Shown here: piece after piece, positions 8,233 through 19,870 of the stretch
How positions within the stretch are numbered: position 1 is the first letter of the stretch
How the letters are laid out: the number at the start of each line of letters is the position of its first letter
Assembly: GCA_037189525.1 (NCBI GenBank)
Contig: JBBCJC010000003.1
Coordinates: 288,001-352,000 of the forward strand
Source of the DNA: Gemmatimonadales bacterium
GTDB taxonomy: Bacteria; Gemmatimonadota; Gemmatimonadetes; Gemmatimonadales; GWC2-71-9
Direction: 5' to 3'
Length of the DNA: 64,000 bases
Notes under the pieces: generated by a model
Seen by the model: the letters and a program-made list of their open reading frames with translations, nothing else
Told to the model about the DNA's origin: nothing
Databases searched by the model: none
Made by a program: the position numbers and the translations under genes

Positions 8233-9365
8233 GCCGGTCGCTCGTAGATGGCGTACCGTTTGTATTGGGTAAAGCCCATTTTGACGAGTCCCGCGTTCAT
8301 GGCAGGATTGTCTTCGAGGACCCAGCCCGCCTCGCCCCAGGTGATCTGGCGCGCAGTCGAATGGGTCCAGATCCAGTGGTACAGCGCGGCATCGACCCCC
8401 TTGCCCCGATACTCGGGCAACACGCCGAGCAGGAGGATGCGCGCCCGGCGGAGGCGTCGAGCCTTGAGTGACCAGAGCAGATTCAGGGCGGCCGGGAACA
8501 TCCGGCCTTTGCGGTTGGTGCGGAGAACCTGATTGAAATCCGGGAGCGCCAGTCCGAATCCGATCGGCTCTCCATCCTTCTCGGCAAACGGCACCATCTC
8601 GGGAACGACGACCGGCCGGAACTGCGCTGCGAGATGATCGATCTCATGATCGGTCATCGGCACCGCGCCCCAGTTGTCTTCCCAGCAGCGGTTGTACAGC
8701 GCCTTGACCCGATCGACTTCGGCCTTGAAGTCAGCCAGGCGCAGCGAGCGGATGGTGACCCCATAGCGCTGCTTGGTGAGCTCGACCGCGCGGGTAATCC
8801 GCTCCGGGGCGGGAACCGCCTGGTCCTCGCGGCCGCCTTCGAACGCCACCAGCGTCTTGACCACCGTGAGGCCGGCCCGCTCGAGCAGCGCCGGGTAGTA
8901 CGGCGGATTGTGCGGCATCATGATCGTGTTGGGCCGGTCGAACCCAGAGATCAGCAGGCCGTATTCGTCGTTGACCGAGGGCGAGGCCGGTCCGCGCAGC
9001 ACGTTAAGTCCGCGCCCGGCGATCCACCGGCTCGCCTCTGCACACAGCGCCTCGGCCACCGCGACATCGTCGATCGATTCGAAAAAGCCGAAGAATCCGA
9101 CCTGGTCCCCGTGGGTTTCGTTATGCAGGCGGTTGTGGATGGCGCCGATCCGGCCCACCACGGCACCGTTCCGCTCCGCGAGGAAATAGGCGGCCTCGGC
9201 GTGTTCGAAGAAGGGATTCTTTTTCGGGGAGAGCAGCAGCTCGACGTCCCGACGCAACGGCGGGACCCATGACAGGTCCCGCGCGTGAAGCCGATAGGGA
9301 AGATCGATGAACCGGTTGAGGTCCGCCCGCGTCAGAACGGGGCGGACCGTTACGTCGGCACTCAG
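8229..9365 (-). CDS. GNAT-fold acyltransferase; putative bacterial ceramide synthase (bCerS-like)
   Basis: FIDLPYRL..WVPPL, NPFFEH, GRIGA, GFFGFFE, MMPHNPPYY, LGVLPEYRGKG, WVLEDN motifs; probable CTG start overlapping the spt stop. Confidence 0.8.
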   Translation of the reverse strand: MSADVTVRPVLTRADLNRFIDLPYRLHARDLSWVPPLRRDVELLLSPKKNPFFEHAEAAYFLAERNGAVVGRIGAIHNRLHNETHGDQVGFFGFFESIDDVAVAEALCAEASRWIAGRGLNVLRGPASPSVNDEYGLLISGFDRPNTIMMPHNPPYYPALLERAGLTVVKTLVAFEGGREDQAVPAPERITRAVELTKQRYGVTIRSLRLADFKAEVDRVKALYNRCWEDNWGAVPMTDHEIDHLAAQFRPVVVPEMVPFAEKDGEPIGFGLALPDFNQVLRTNRKGRMFPAALNLLWSLKARRLRRARILLLGVLPEYRGKGVDAALYHWIWTHSTARQITWGEAGWVLEDNPAMNAGLVKMGFTQYKRYAIYERPA

Positions 9366-10570
9366 ATGACGCCGAGCTCGCGGCCCAGCTTCCCGATCGT
9401 CTCGAGGCAGTAGTCGATCTGGTCCGGGGTGTGCGTGGCCATCAGGCTGGTGCGCAGCCGGCACTGGGACGGCGGCACGGCCGGCGGAACGACCGGGTTG
9501 GTGAAGATGCCGGCGTCGAAGACCTTCCGCCACATGATCAAGGTCCGGTCGAGCGGCCCGATCAGAATCGGAATGATCGGCGTCTCGGTCGGGCCGACTT
9601 CGAAGCCCAGGCTGCGGAAACCGTCGACCAGCCGCTTGGTGTTGGCCCACAGCTGCGCCCGGCGTTCGGGCTCCTGCTGGAGGACTTCCAACGCCGCGAG
9701 GACGCCGGCGGTGTTGGCGGGCGGCAGCGCTGCGGTGAAGATGAGCGGCCGGCTGTGGTGGCGGAGGTAGTTGATCACGGCCTTCGAACCCGCCACGAAT
9801 CCGCCGATCGACGCCAGCGACTTCGAGAACGTGCCCGCGATGATGTCGACCTCGTCGATCATGCCGAAGTGCGCGGCGGTGCCGTCACCGTTCGGGCCGA
9901 GTACGCCGATCGAGTGCGCATCGTCGATGGCCAGCGCCGCGCCGTACTTGCGGCAGACCTTGAGCAGCTCGGGGACGTTGGCGATGTCGCCTTCCATCGA
10001 GTAGACGCCGTCGACCACCACCATCCGGCCGCCGGTTTCCGGCGCGCGGGCCAGCTTGCGATCGAGGTTCTCGAGGTCGTCGTGGTTGAAGCGCTCGGTG
10101 GAGCCGTAGCTCATCTTGGCGCCGTCGACGATCGACGCGTGGTCGAGCTTGTCGAGGAAGACCGTGTCCGACTTGCCCACCAAGCCCGAGATCAGGCCGA
10201 GATTGGCGTTGTACCCGGTCGAGAAGACGATGCAGTCCTCTTTGCCCAGGAACTTGGCCAGTGAATGTTCGAGCTGCAGATGCAGATCGAGGGTGCCGTT
10301 CAGGAAGCGGCTACCGGTGCAACCGGAGCCATAGAGGTGCAACGCGCGCGTCGCAGCCTCCAGCACCTTGGGGTGGTGGGTGAGACCGAGATAGTTGTTC
10401 GAGCCCAGCATGATCCGCTTGAGCCCTTCGATCGTCACCACCGTATCTTCGGATTCCGAGATCGGCTTGAAGTACGGATAGAGCCCCTGCGCTTTGACTT
10501 CGTCCACCTGAGTGTAGCGCCGGCACTTGTCGAACAGCGCGATATCGGTGGTCAGCGTCGATGTCGTCAC
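9362..10570 (-). CDS. spt: Serine palmitoyltransferase (PLP-dependent alpha-oxoamine synthase)
   Basis: GTG 10570; GLYPYF, GSNNYLGL, GCTGSRFLNGTLDLH, DDAH, GTFSKSLASIGG (PLP Lys); resembles Bacteroidetes-type Spt; operon context. Confidence 0.8.
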   Translation of the reverse strand: MTTSTLTTDIALFDKCRRYTQVDEVKAQGLYPYFKPISESEDTVVTIEGLKRIMLGSNNYLGLTHHPKVLEAATRALHLYGSGCTGSRFLNGTLDLHLQLEHSLAKFLGKEDCIVFSTGYNANLGLISGLVGKSDTVFLDKLDHASIVDGAKMSYGSTERFNHDDLENLDRKLARAPETGGRMVVVDGVYSMEGDIANVPELLKVCRKYGAALAIDDAHSIGVLGPNGDGTAAHFGMIDEVDIIAGTFSKSLASIGGFVAGSKAVINYLRHHSRPLIFTAALPPANTAGVLAALEVLQQEPERRAQLWANTKRLVDGFRSLGFEVGPTETPIIPILIGPLDRTLIMWRKVFDAGIFTNPVVPPAVPPSQCRLRTSLMATHTPDQIDYCLETIGKLGRELGVI

Positions 10571-10780
10571 GAGGTAACCCCGCAAGGTAGAAGGGTCGTC
10601 GGCTGAAAGGTGCCGATCCCGTTGCACAGTAACGACTTAAGTTAATATCTGTGCCAGACTGCCACAAGGAGGACGTTTCGACCTGTGACTCCATGCACGG
10701 GACGGGATGCCGGGCGGGGTGGGCGGCCGATTTTCGTGTTATTGTTGTGGCGGGTCTACGAGCCAATCCGGGAGAATGGC

Positions 10781-13090
10781 ATGCGCGTCACGGTCGCGGC
10801 GGCGATGGTGAGTTGGGCGTTGAGCGTCGCGGCTTCGGCCGCCGACGCCCAGGTGCGCCGAGCCGAGCCGGGGCGGTTCGAGGTCGAGGGGATGGAATGG
10901 CGCCCGAACACGGCGTGGCGGCCCCGGGCGGACCTGGTCCGATTCAACCGCTGGGCCGCAATCCGGCGGGGCGACATCATCTCCCTCAATCAGCGCCGTT
11001 CGATGCTGGCCCTGGCGCCCGGGGGCGGTGCGGCGTCGCTGTCGGTAACCGGGACTTTTTATGTCCCCGTTATCCCGCTGTCGTTCACCGATGTGCCGAT
11101 GGCGTTCCCCACGGCGCAATTCCAGCAGGTGTTGTTCGGCCCCACCGCGCCGGCGGGCGCCGCTTACACGCTCAAGACGTACTACGAGCAGCTGTCGGGC
11201 AACCGGATTCAGATGGAGGGGCAGGTCTTCGGCGTCGCCGCGATGGATTCGACGGCTGCGTACTATCAGGACGACTGCAACGGCATCGGTGTGATCCGGC
11301 AGTGCAGCGAAGGGGGGCTGCGACTCGGGCGGATGCTGCTGGCTGCGCTCGACTCGGTTTCCAACGGTCCCAATGCCGCCGAGGTCTGGTCGGCGTTCGA
11401 CAACGACGGTCCTGACGGCATTCCGAACTCCGGGGATGACGATGGCGTGGTCGACTTCGTCACCTTCATCCAGCCCGTCAAGGACGGCGCCTGCCAGCCG
11501 AGTCCGGGGATCTGGGCGCATCGCTTCGAGATCGCGGGATGGAACAACGGATCGCCCTACGTCACCAAGACACCGCGCCGTAACCGGCCGGGCGAGTTCA
11601 TCACCGTCAACAATTACACGATGCAGAGCCAGGTCGGCGGGAGCACCGGTTGTGTCGACGGTGTCATCATGCCGGTCGGAACCGTGGCGCACGAAACCGG
11701 CCATGCCTTCGGTCTGCCCGATCTCTACGATACCGATCAGCAGCGCACGGAAGGGGTCGGTGAATGGAGCCTGATGGGGAGCGGCAACTACAGTCAGGCC
11801 TACAGCCCCGCCAGCTACGACGCCTGGTCGCTCAATGAACTGGGTTGGATCACGGTCGACACGCTTGGTGCGGGTCGCACCATCACCACGCGTGCCCGGC
11901 AGGTGTCCGATACCGTATTCCTGGGCCGGTACGCCGGCAATCAGAGCGAGTTTCTGCTGATCGAAAACCGGCAGGCGGTGCATTCGGACACGGCGATGTT
12001 CAATCCGACGCTGCCGGAGGAAACCAACACGGGGCAGCCCTGCCGGCAGCGGTGTCCCAAGTTGCCCGGGCTTCTGCTCTGGCATATCGATGTCGAGCAG
12101 GTCGACACATGGCGACCGATCAATCGCGTCAATTCCGGCACGACCCGTCCGCACGGCGTGGCGCTGGTCCAGGCGGATGGACTCAATAACCTCCGAGTCC
12201 AAAGCAGCAACCGAAACCGCGGTGATCGCGGCGACTCCTATCCGGGGCGGACGGGAAACACACGTTGGTCGCTCACCTCGTTGCCGTCGGCCCGGTCCAA
12301 CGCCGGGGCCTATACCGGCTTCATTCTCGATCGGATCGAACAACTCGACGGCGGCGTGATGCGGTTTCGGTATCTGCCGCGCGAGCCGACGGTCGTGGTG
12401 GCGTCGGTGGCGGGAATCCGGGTCAACGTGAACGGCCGGAGCTGGGCGCGCTACGAAGAGGCCATCGCCCCCGGCGAACAGTTCGTGATCGAGGCCGATT
12501 CGCTGCAGACCAATCCCGACGGCCGGACCCGGGCTCGCTTCCTGGCCTGGACCATCGGGGGGCCGCGCAGTCAGACGGTCATGAGCAGCGCCAAGCCCGA
12601 TACCATCATCGCGACGTTTGCTGCGGAGCATCGGCTGATGGTCCTGGTGCAGGGCGGGGGACAGGGTGCGGTCACGGTCGGCCCGTCCGGAAGCGCGGTA
12701 TTGCCGGGCGGTGATTTCCTGCCCGCCGGGACGCCCGTCACGGTGACGGCGCAACCGCAGCCCGGGTCGTTGTTCGTCGGCTGGCGTGGCGATACCGTGG
12801 CGACCAGCCAGACGATCACCTTGCCGATGGGGCGGCCGTACGATCTCGAAGCCTCGTTCGTCACGGAGGTCGCGGTTGGTGTGCAGGCGGCGACCTCCGA
12901 GATCCTCGGGACCACGTCGCTCTCGGCCGATCAGCGCACCTTCCTCGATTTGCTGGGAAATCGGAATGGCATCTACGACGTCGGCGACTTCCTCGCCTAC
13001 CTCCGCCATACCGGCCAACCGGTGCCCGCGGCCGCGCTGCATTTGCTGGGGACGGAACGGCGCAGTGCGGCGCCCGGGAGGAACCGATGA
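10781..13090 (+). CDS. Secreted M6-family (immune inhibitor A-like) zinc metalloprotease with C-terminal beta-repeat and dockerin/EF-hand-like tail
   Basis: Signal peptide; HETGHAFGLPDLYD zinc motif; DNDGPDG..DDDGVVD, WSLMGSG, LIENRQ, GLLLWHID; C-terminal VTAQP..FVGW.GD and DLLGNRNGIYDVGDFL. Confidence 0.88.
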   Translation: MRVTVAAAMVSWALSVAASAADAQVRRAEPGRFEVEGMEWRPNTAWRPRADLVRFNRWAAIRRGDIISLNQRRSMLALAPGGGAASLSVTGTFYVPVIPLSFTDVPMAFPTAQFQQVLFGPTAPAGAAYTLKTYYEQLSGNRIQMEGQVFGVAAMDSTAAYYQDDCNGIGVIRQCSEGGLRLGRMLLAALDSVSNGPNAAEVWSAFDNDGPDGIPNSGDDDGVVDFVTFIQPVKDGACQPSPGIWAHRFEIAGWNNGSPYVTKTPRRNRPGEFITVNNYTMQSQVGGSTGCVDGVIMPVGTVAHETGHAFGLPDLYDTDQQRTEGVGEWSLMGSGNYSQAYSPASYDAWSLNELGWITVDTLGAGRTITTRARQVSDTVFLGRYAGNQSEFLLIENRQAVHSDTAMFNPTLPEETNTGQPCRQRCPKLPGLLLWHIDVEQVDTWRPINRVNSGTTRPHGVALVQADGLNNLRVQSSNRNRGDRGDSYPGRTGNTRWSLTSLPSARSNAGAYTGFILDRIEQLDGGVMRFRYLPREPTVVVASVAGIRVNVNGRSWARYEEAIAPGEQFVIEADSLQTNPDGRTRARFLAWTIGGPRSQTVMSSAKPDTIIATFAAEHRLMVLVQGGGQGAVTVGPSGSAVLPGGDFLPAGTPVTVTAQPQPGSLFVGWRGDTVATSQTITLPMGRPYDLEASFVTEVAVGVQAATSEILGTTSLSADQRTFLDLLGNRNGIYDVGDFLAYLRHTGQPVPAAALHLLGTERRSAAPGRNR

Positions 13091-13479
13091 GGCGTGGCTG
13101 GCTGGGCGCGATGGCGCTGCTGCTGTTGACGGGAGCCTGCAAGGACTCTAAACCGCCGGTCGGGCCGACGGCGGGGAACGTGACGGTGTCGTACCAGGGC
13201 ACCGGGAGCAGCGACGGCGCGATCCTGCTCGTCGTGACCGGAGCTGTGACGTCGGTCGAAGCGATCGGCGGCTATCGGGTGGCCTCCGCGCCGATTTCCG
13301 GCGGCGCGGAGACCCGTATCGTGATCACGGGTGATCTGGTGCCCGGCGATCTGGTCCGGCTCGCCATTCCCGACGTGAGCAAGGCCACCGACTACGAGGC
13401 GCACGTCGAAGCGGTGGCGCACCGCACCAGCTATGCCCTGCAGGACCCGCTGACCTACACCGCGTCGATCCGGCGCTGA
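13087..13479 (+). CDS. Hypothetical beta-rich lipoprotein, translationally coupled to the protease
   Basis: ATGA overlap; lipobox LLTGA-C; alternating hydrophobic beta-strand pattern. Confidence 0.75.
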   Translation: MRRGWLGAMALLLLTGACKDSKPPVGPTAGNVTVSYQGTGSSDGAILLVVTGAVTSVEAIGGYRVASAPISGGAETRIVITGDLVPGDLVRLAIPDVSKATDYEAHVEAVAHRTSYALQDPLTYTASIRR

Positions 13480-15465
<1,986 letters not shown>

Positions 15466-18400
15466 GGTGCGAGGGTCGGAAGCGCCGAATCATCTTCTCC
15501 CGCCACTCGAACATAATTTCGTAAAAAGTCGGGATCACCAGCAGCGTGAGGAGCGTCGATGTGATGACTCCACCGATGACCGCCACACCCAGCGGCGAGC
15601 GGAAGGACGAGCCTTCTCCCGTGCTGAGGGCAATCGGCGTCATGCCGGCGATCAGCGCCACGGTCGTCATGATGATCGGGCGGAGCCGAATGCCGCCGGC
15701 CTCGATCAGCGCGTCACGAATCGACAGGTTCCGTTCCTCTCGCGCCCACTTGGCGAAGTCGATCAACAGGATCGCGTTCTTGGCGACCAGGCCCATGAGC
15801 AGGATCACACCCATCAAGCTCATGATGTTGATCGTGTAGTTCGCCAAAGATAAGCCCAAGAGGACTCCGATGAGCGACAGCGGCAGGGACGCCATGATCG
15901 CGATCGGATCCATGAACGACCCGAACTGCATCACAAGCACCAGGTACATCAGCAGTACCGCCGCGGCCAGCGAGAGGCCGATGCTCTGGAACGACTCGTT
16001 CTGGAACTCCTGGTCGCCGCCTTCGGTCACCGTGATCCCGCCGGGGCCGGCCACCCCCAGCTGAATGCCCTGCGCGGCCAGGCGGGCCCGGACGTCGGCG
16101 GAGACCTCGCCGGTCGACCGCCCGGCCACGTTCCATTCCACCATGACGTTGGGCGCCCGGTTCAGATGGTTGATCGCCGCCGGGCCGTCGCTGTGGCTGA
16201 TCTCGGCCACCTGTCCGAGGGGTAGGGTTGCCGGTGCGCCGTTCGCGCCCATCACGACCAGCGGTAGCTGCGCCAGGTCGGTCACCCGGGCCCGGTACTC
16301 CGGCGCGAACCGGATTCGAACGTCCCGCGTTTCGCCGGCCGGGTCGATCCAATCACCCACGTCGATCCCCGCGAACGCGGGCCGGATCGATTGAGCCACC
16401 GCGCCGACGGTAATCCCGAGCGCCCCGGCAATGCCGCGGTTCAGGTCGACGTTCACTTCCGGCTTCTGACCCTTGCTCGAGAGGCCGAGGTCGACGACGC
16501 TCGGCACCTGGGCAATCTCGCCGCGGATCTGTTCCGCCACGACGTTCAGCGCTTCGGCGTCGGCGCCCTGGACGTTGAGCGCGAGCTGTTTCCGGCCGCC
16601 GCTGAAATCGTTGGTAAAGACGGACGTGGTCGACCCGGTGAAGGGAGCCACCCTGGACCGCACTTCGGCTGCGATGGCTTCGACGTCGCGGGCGGGGCGC
16701 TCCTTCTTCGGGATCAATCGGACGTACAGGTCCGCCACGTTGACCGATCCCGACTGGCCGCTGCCCAGCGTGGTGTAGGTGTAGCGCAGCTCCGGAATGC
16801 TGCGGAGCACCTCTTCGACCTGATTCACCTTCTGCCGGGTGTAGCCCATCGTCGAGCCCGGCGGCGTCTCGACTTTGACGAAGAACTCGGAACGGTCGTC
16901 GAGCGGGAAGAACGCGACACCGACCTTCTTCCATTCCGGCGCAATCCGCTCGAGCCCGATGGCCAGGATCAGGCCCCCGATGATGCCAACGGCTTTGAAT
17001 CCGAGGGAACGATTGGTACCCGCGGCCCATGCCATTACGCCGATGCCCACCAGCGCGCCCGCGAGTGCCAGTAATCCCTTACCGGGCAGCACGAACGACG
17101 CGATGAACGTTCCGACCGTCAAGATCACCATCGAGAGCCGGTGGTCCAGCGCCCACGCAATCACGCGCTTATAGGACTCCGCTTGCCGCTCGAACCACAG
17201 GTTGAAGCGGTCCAGTTGGCGGGTAATCCAGCCACGCTCCTCAGGCGGAACATGCGGGTCCGGCCAGTAGGCCGACAGCATGGGGTCGAGGGAGAAGGAG
17301 ACCAGGAGCGAGACCGCGACCGCGCAGGCAATCGTCAGCGCAAACGGTTTCATCCACTCCTCGGTCATCCCTCCCTGGAAGGCAACCGGGATGAAGACGG
17401 CGAGAATGGCGAACGTGGTGGCCGCGACGGCCAGGCCGATCTCGTCGGTGCCTTCGTGCGCAGCGCGTCGATGGTCTTTGCCCAATTCGACGTGGCGCAC
17501 GATGTTCTCTCGCACCACGATGGCGTCGTCGATCAGCACCCCGATGGCCAGCGAGAGACCCAGCAGCGACATCGTGTTGAGCGTGAAGCCGAACCACCAG
17601 ACCGCAATGAACGAGGCCAGAACCGACACCGGCAGCGCCAACCCGGTGATGATGGTGGAGCGCCACGAGTTCAGGAACACGAAGACGACGAGCACCGTCA
17701 GGATCGCGCCCTCGATCAGCGTCTTGCCGACTTCCCAGACCGATTCCTCGACCCGCTCGCCCGAGTTGCGCACCAGGTCGAGCGTGGTGCCTTCCGGCAG
17801 CTGCACTTTGATCGCCTCGATCCGGGCCAGGACCCGCGCGCCAACGTCCGTCGTGCTATAGCCCTTGGCCTTCTTGATGTCGATACCGACGGCCTCCCGG
17901 CCATTGTAGAGCGCGAGCGTCCGGGCTTCGGCAACGCCATCCTTGACGGTGGCAAGTTCGCCGAGTCGGATGACGCGGCCGTTGCGCTCGACCACGGCAA
18001 TGCGCGCAAAGTCGGCTGGACCCTCGGGCCGACCGCGGAGGCGAATCGACCGTTCGACATATTCGCCTTCGATCCGGCCGATCGGCGTGGCGAGGTTCTG
18101 CAGCTGCAGCGCTTGTACCACCTGGCTCACGCTGACGCCGGTTGCCTGCAGGGCGGTCGGGTTGAGCTCGACGGTGAGTTCCCGCTCCAGCTTGCCGGCC
18201 ACCGTGACCTCCGCCACCCCGGCGAGCGAGCGGAGTTCCCGGGTGATGCCGGGGTCGGCCAGACGGGTCAGTTCTCCCGAGGAGAGCTCGTTGGACGACA
18301 GCGCCAGCGACACAATCGGTCGGTCCGCATCATTGAACTTCTTGATGATCGGCTCTTCCAGCTCCGCCGGCAGGTCGTTCCGGATGCCGGAGATCGCGTC

Positions 18401-18742
18401 GCGAATGTCCTGGGTGGCTTCCTGGATCGGTTTGCCGAAGAGGAACTCGACCAGGATGACGCCGAACGCATCTTCCGATGTGCTGGTGGTGCGTTTGACC
18501 CCCGAGATGCCGGCAATGGCCTCTTCGATCGGGTCGACCACGTCCTTTTCGACGCCGTCGGGCGATGCACCCGGGTAGATCAATGCGACCGTCACGAACG
18601 GTGGATTGACGTCCGGAAACTCGTCGGTCTTCAGTTTGAACAGCGCAAAGATCCCGGCCGTGACGAGCGAGAGCATCGTCACGATCGTGATGACCGGGCG
18701 CTTGATGGCAAAATCGGAGATGACCACGGCGCTGTCCTCTCG

Positions 18743-19870
18743 TTACCGCGTAGCTGGGGGCGACGGACGCTCGGCGGAGGCCGAGGCCCGTACCCGGGTG
18801 CCGGGCTGAATGCCGCGGGCTGCACCGGTAATGACCGTATCGCCGGCCGCAATGCCCTCGACGATTTCGATTTGTTCCCGGGCCTGGTCTTCGATGCCTA
18901 ATGTGACCTCGGCGCGCTGAGCCACGCCCGCCACGATCCTGGTCACGATCGGCCGGATCCCGCGCCGGTCGACGGCCGAGATCGGAACCACGACGCCGTC
19001 GCGCTGCGCCGTGCCGACCTGGCCCTGCGCAAAGAGGCCGGCGACCAGGCGTCCCGAACTGTTGGGCAGACCGACCGTGATGCGCACCTGGCGGGTGGCG
19101 GGGTCGACTGCGGGATTGACCCGGGTCACCTTGCCCTCGAACCGGCGGTCGGGGTAGCCGTCGACCACGAAGGGAACCGGCGTGCCCGGCTTGAGGCTTG
19201 CGACGGCCGAGACCGGAACCTGCGCCTCGAGCCGGAGGCTGTTCGGATCGATCACCTCGAATAGCGCGGTACCCGGCGACACGTTGTCGCCGACGTGGAC
19301 GTGCCGCTCACTCACGACGCCGGCAATCGGCGCCCGGAGTTCGGTGTTGGCCAGCTGCTTGTCGGCCGAGGCCTGGCGCGCCTTGGCATCCGCCAGCTGC
19401 GCTTCCGCGTTGAGGGCCAGCTGGCGCGCCTGCTCCAACTCGCTCTCGGCCACGGCGCCGGCTTTGGCCAGCTTGTCGGCCCGTTCCACGTTGCGATTGG
19501 CGAGCACCAGCGCCTCGGTCGCGGTGCGGACACCGGAACGCGCCGAGAGAGCCAGATCGCGGACGCCGTCATCGTTGAGGCGGCCGAGCGACTGACCGCG
19601 CGTCACCGCCTGGCCTGCCTCGACGCTCACCTGCGCAACCGTCGTACTCAGCTCGGCGCGGATGGTGGCAGTCCGTTCGGCCGTCAGCGTACCGGACACG
19701 ACCGGGCCGTCCAGGATCTGGCGTTGCTCGGCGACCGCGAGGTTCTCGATCCCGACCAGCGCAGGAGGCGTCTCGGTGGGCGCTTCCGTCCCGTCCGATC
19801 CCTTCCCGCAGCCCAGCAGAAGGACGCTGGTGAGCGTGGCGAAGACTGCAATGCGCTCGGGGCGACTCAT
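18743..19870 (-). CDS. RND efflux periplasmic adaptor (membrane fusion protein), lipoprotein
   Basis: LLLG-C lipobox; LRAPIAGVV, NPAVDPATRQ, LVAGLF motifs. Confidence 0.92.
   Translation of the reverse strand: MSRPERIAVFATLTSVLLLGCGKGSDGTEAPTETPPALVGIENLAVAEQRQILDGPVVSGTLTAERTATIRAELSTTVAQVSVEAGQAVTRGQSLGRLNDDGVRDLALSARSGVRTATEALVLANRNVERADKLAKAGAVAESELEQARQLALNAEAQLADAKARQASADKQLANTELRAPIAGVVSERHVHVGDNVSPGTALFEVIDPNSLRLEAQVPVSAVASLKPGTPVPFVVDGYPDRRFEGKVTRVNPAVDPATRQVRITVGLPNSSGRLVAGLFAQGQVGTAQRDGVVVPISAVDRRGIRPIVTRIVAGVAQRAEVTLGIEDQAREQIEIVEGIAAGDTVITGAARGIQPGTRVRASASAERPSPPATR

Noticed and set aside
9362..10570. Alternative call as BioF (8-amino-7-oxononanoate synthase) or Kbl
   Set aside because: No bio or tdh genes nearby; motifs and GNAT/SDR neighbours fit Spt better, though a phylogeny is needed to exclude it
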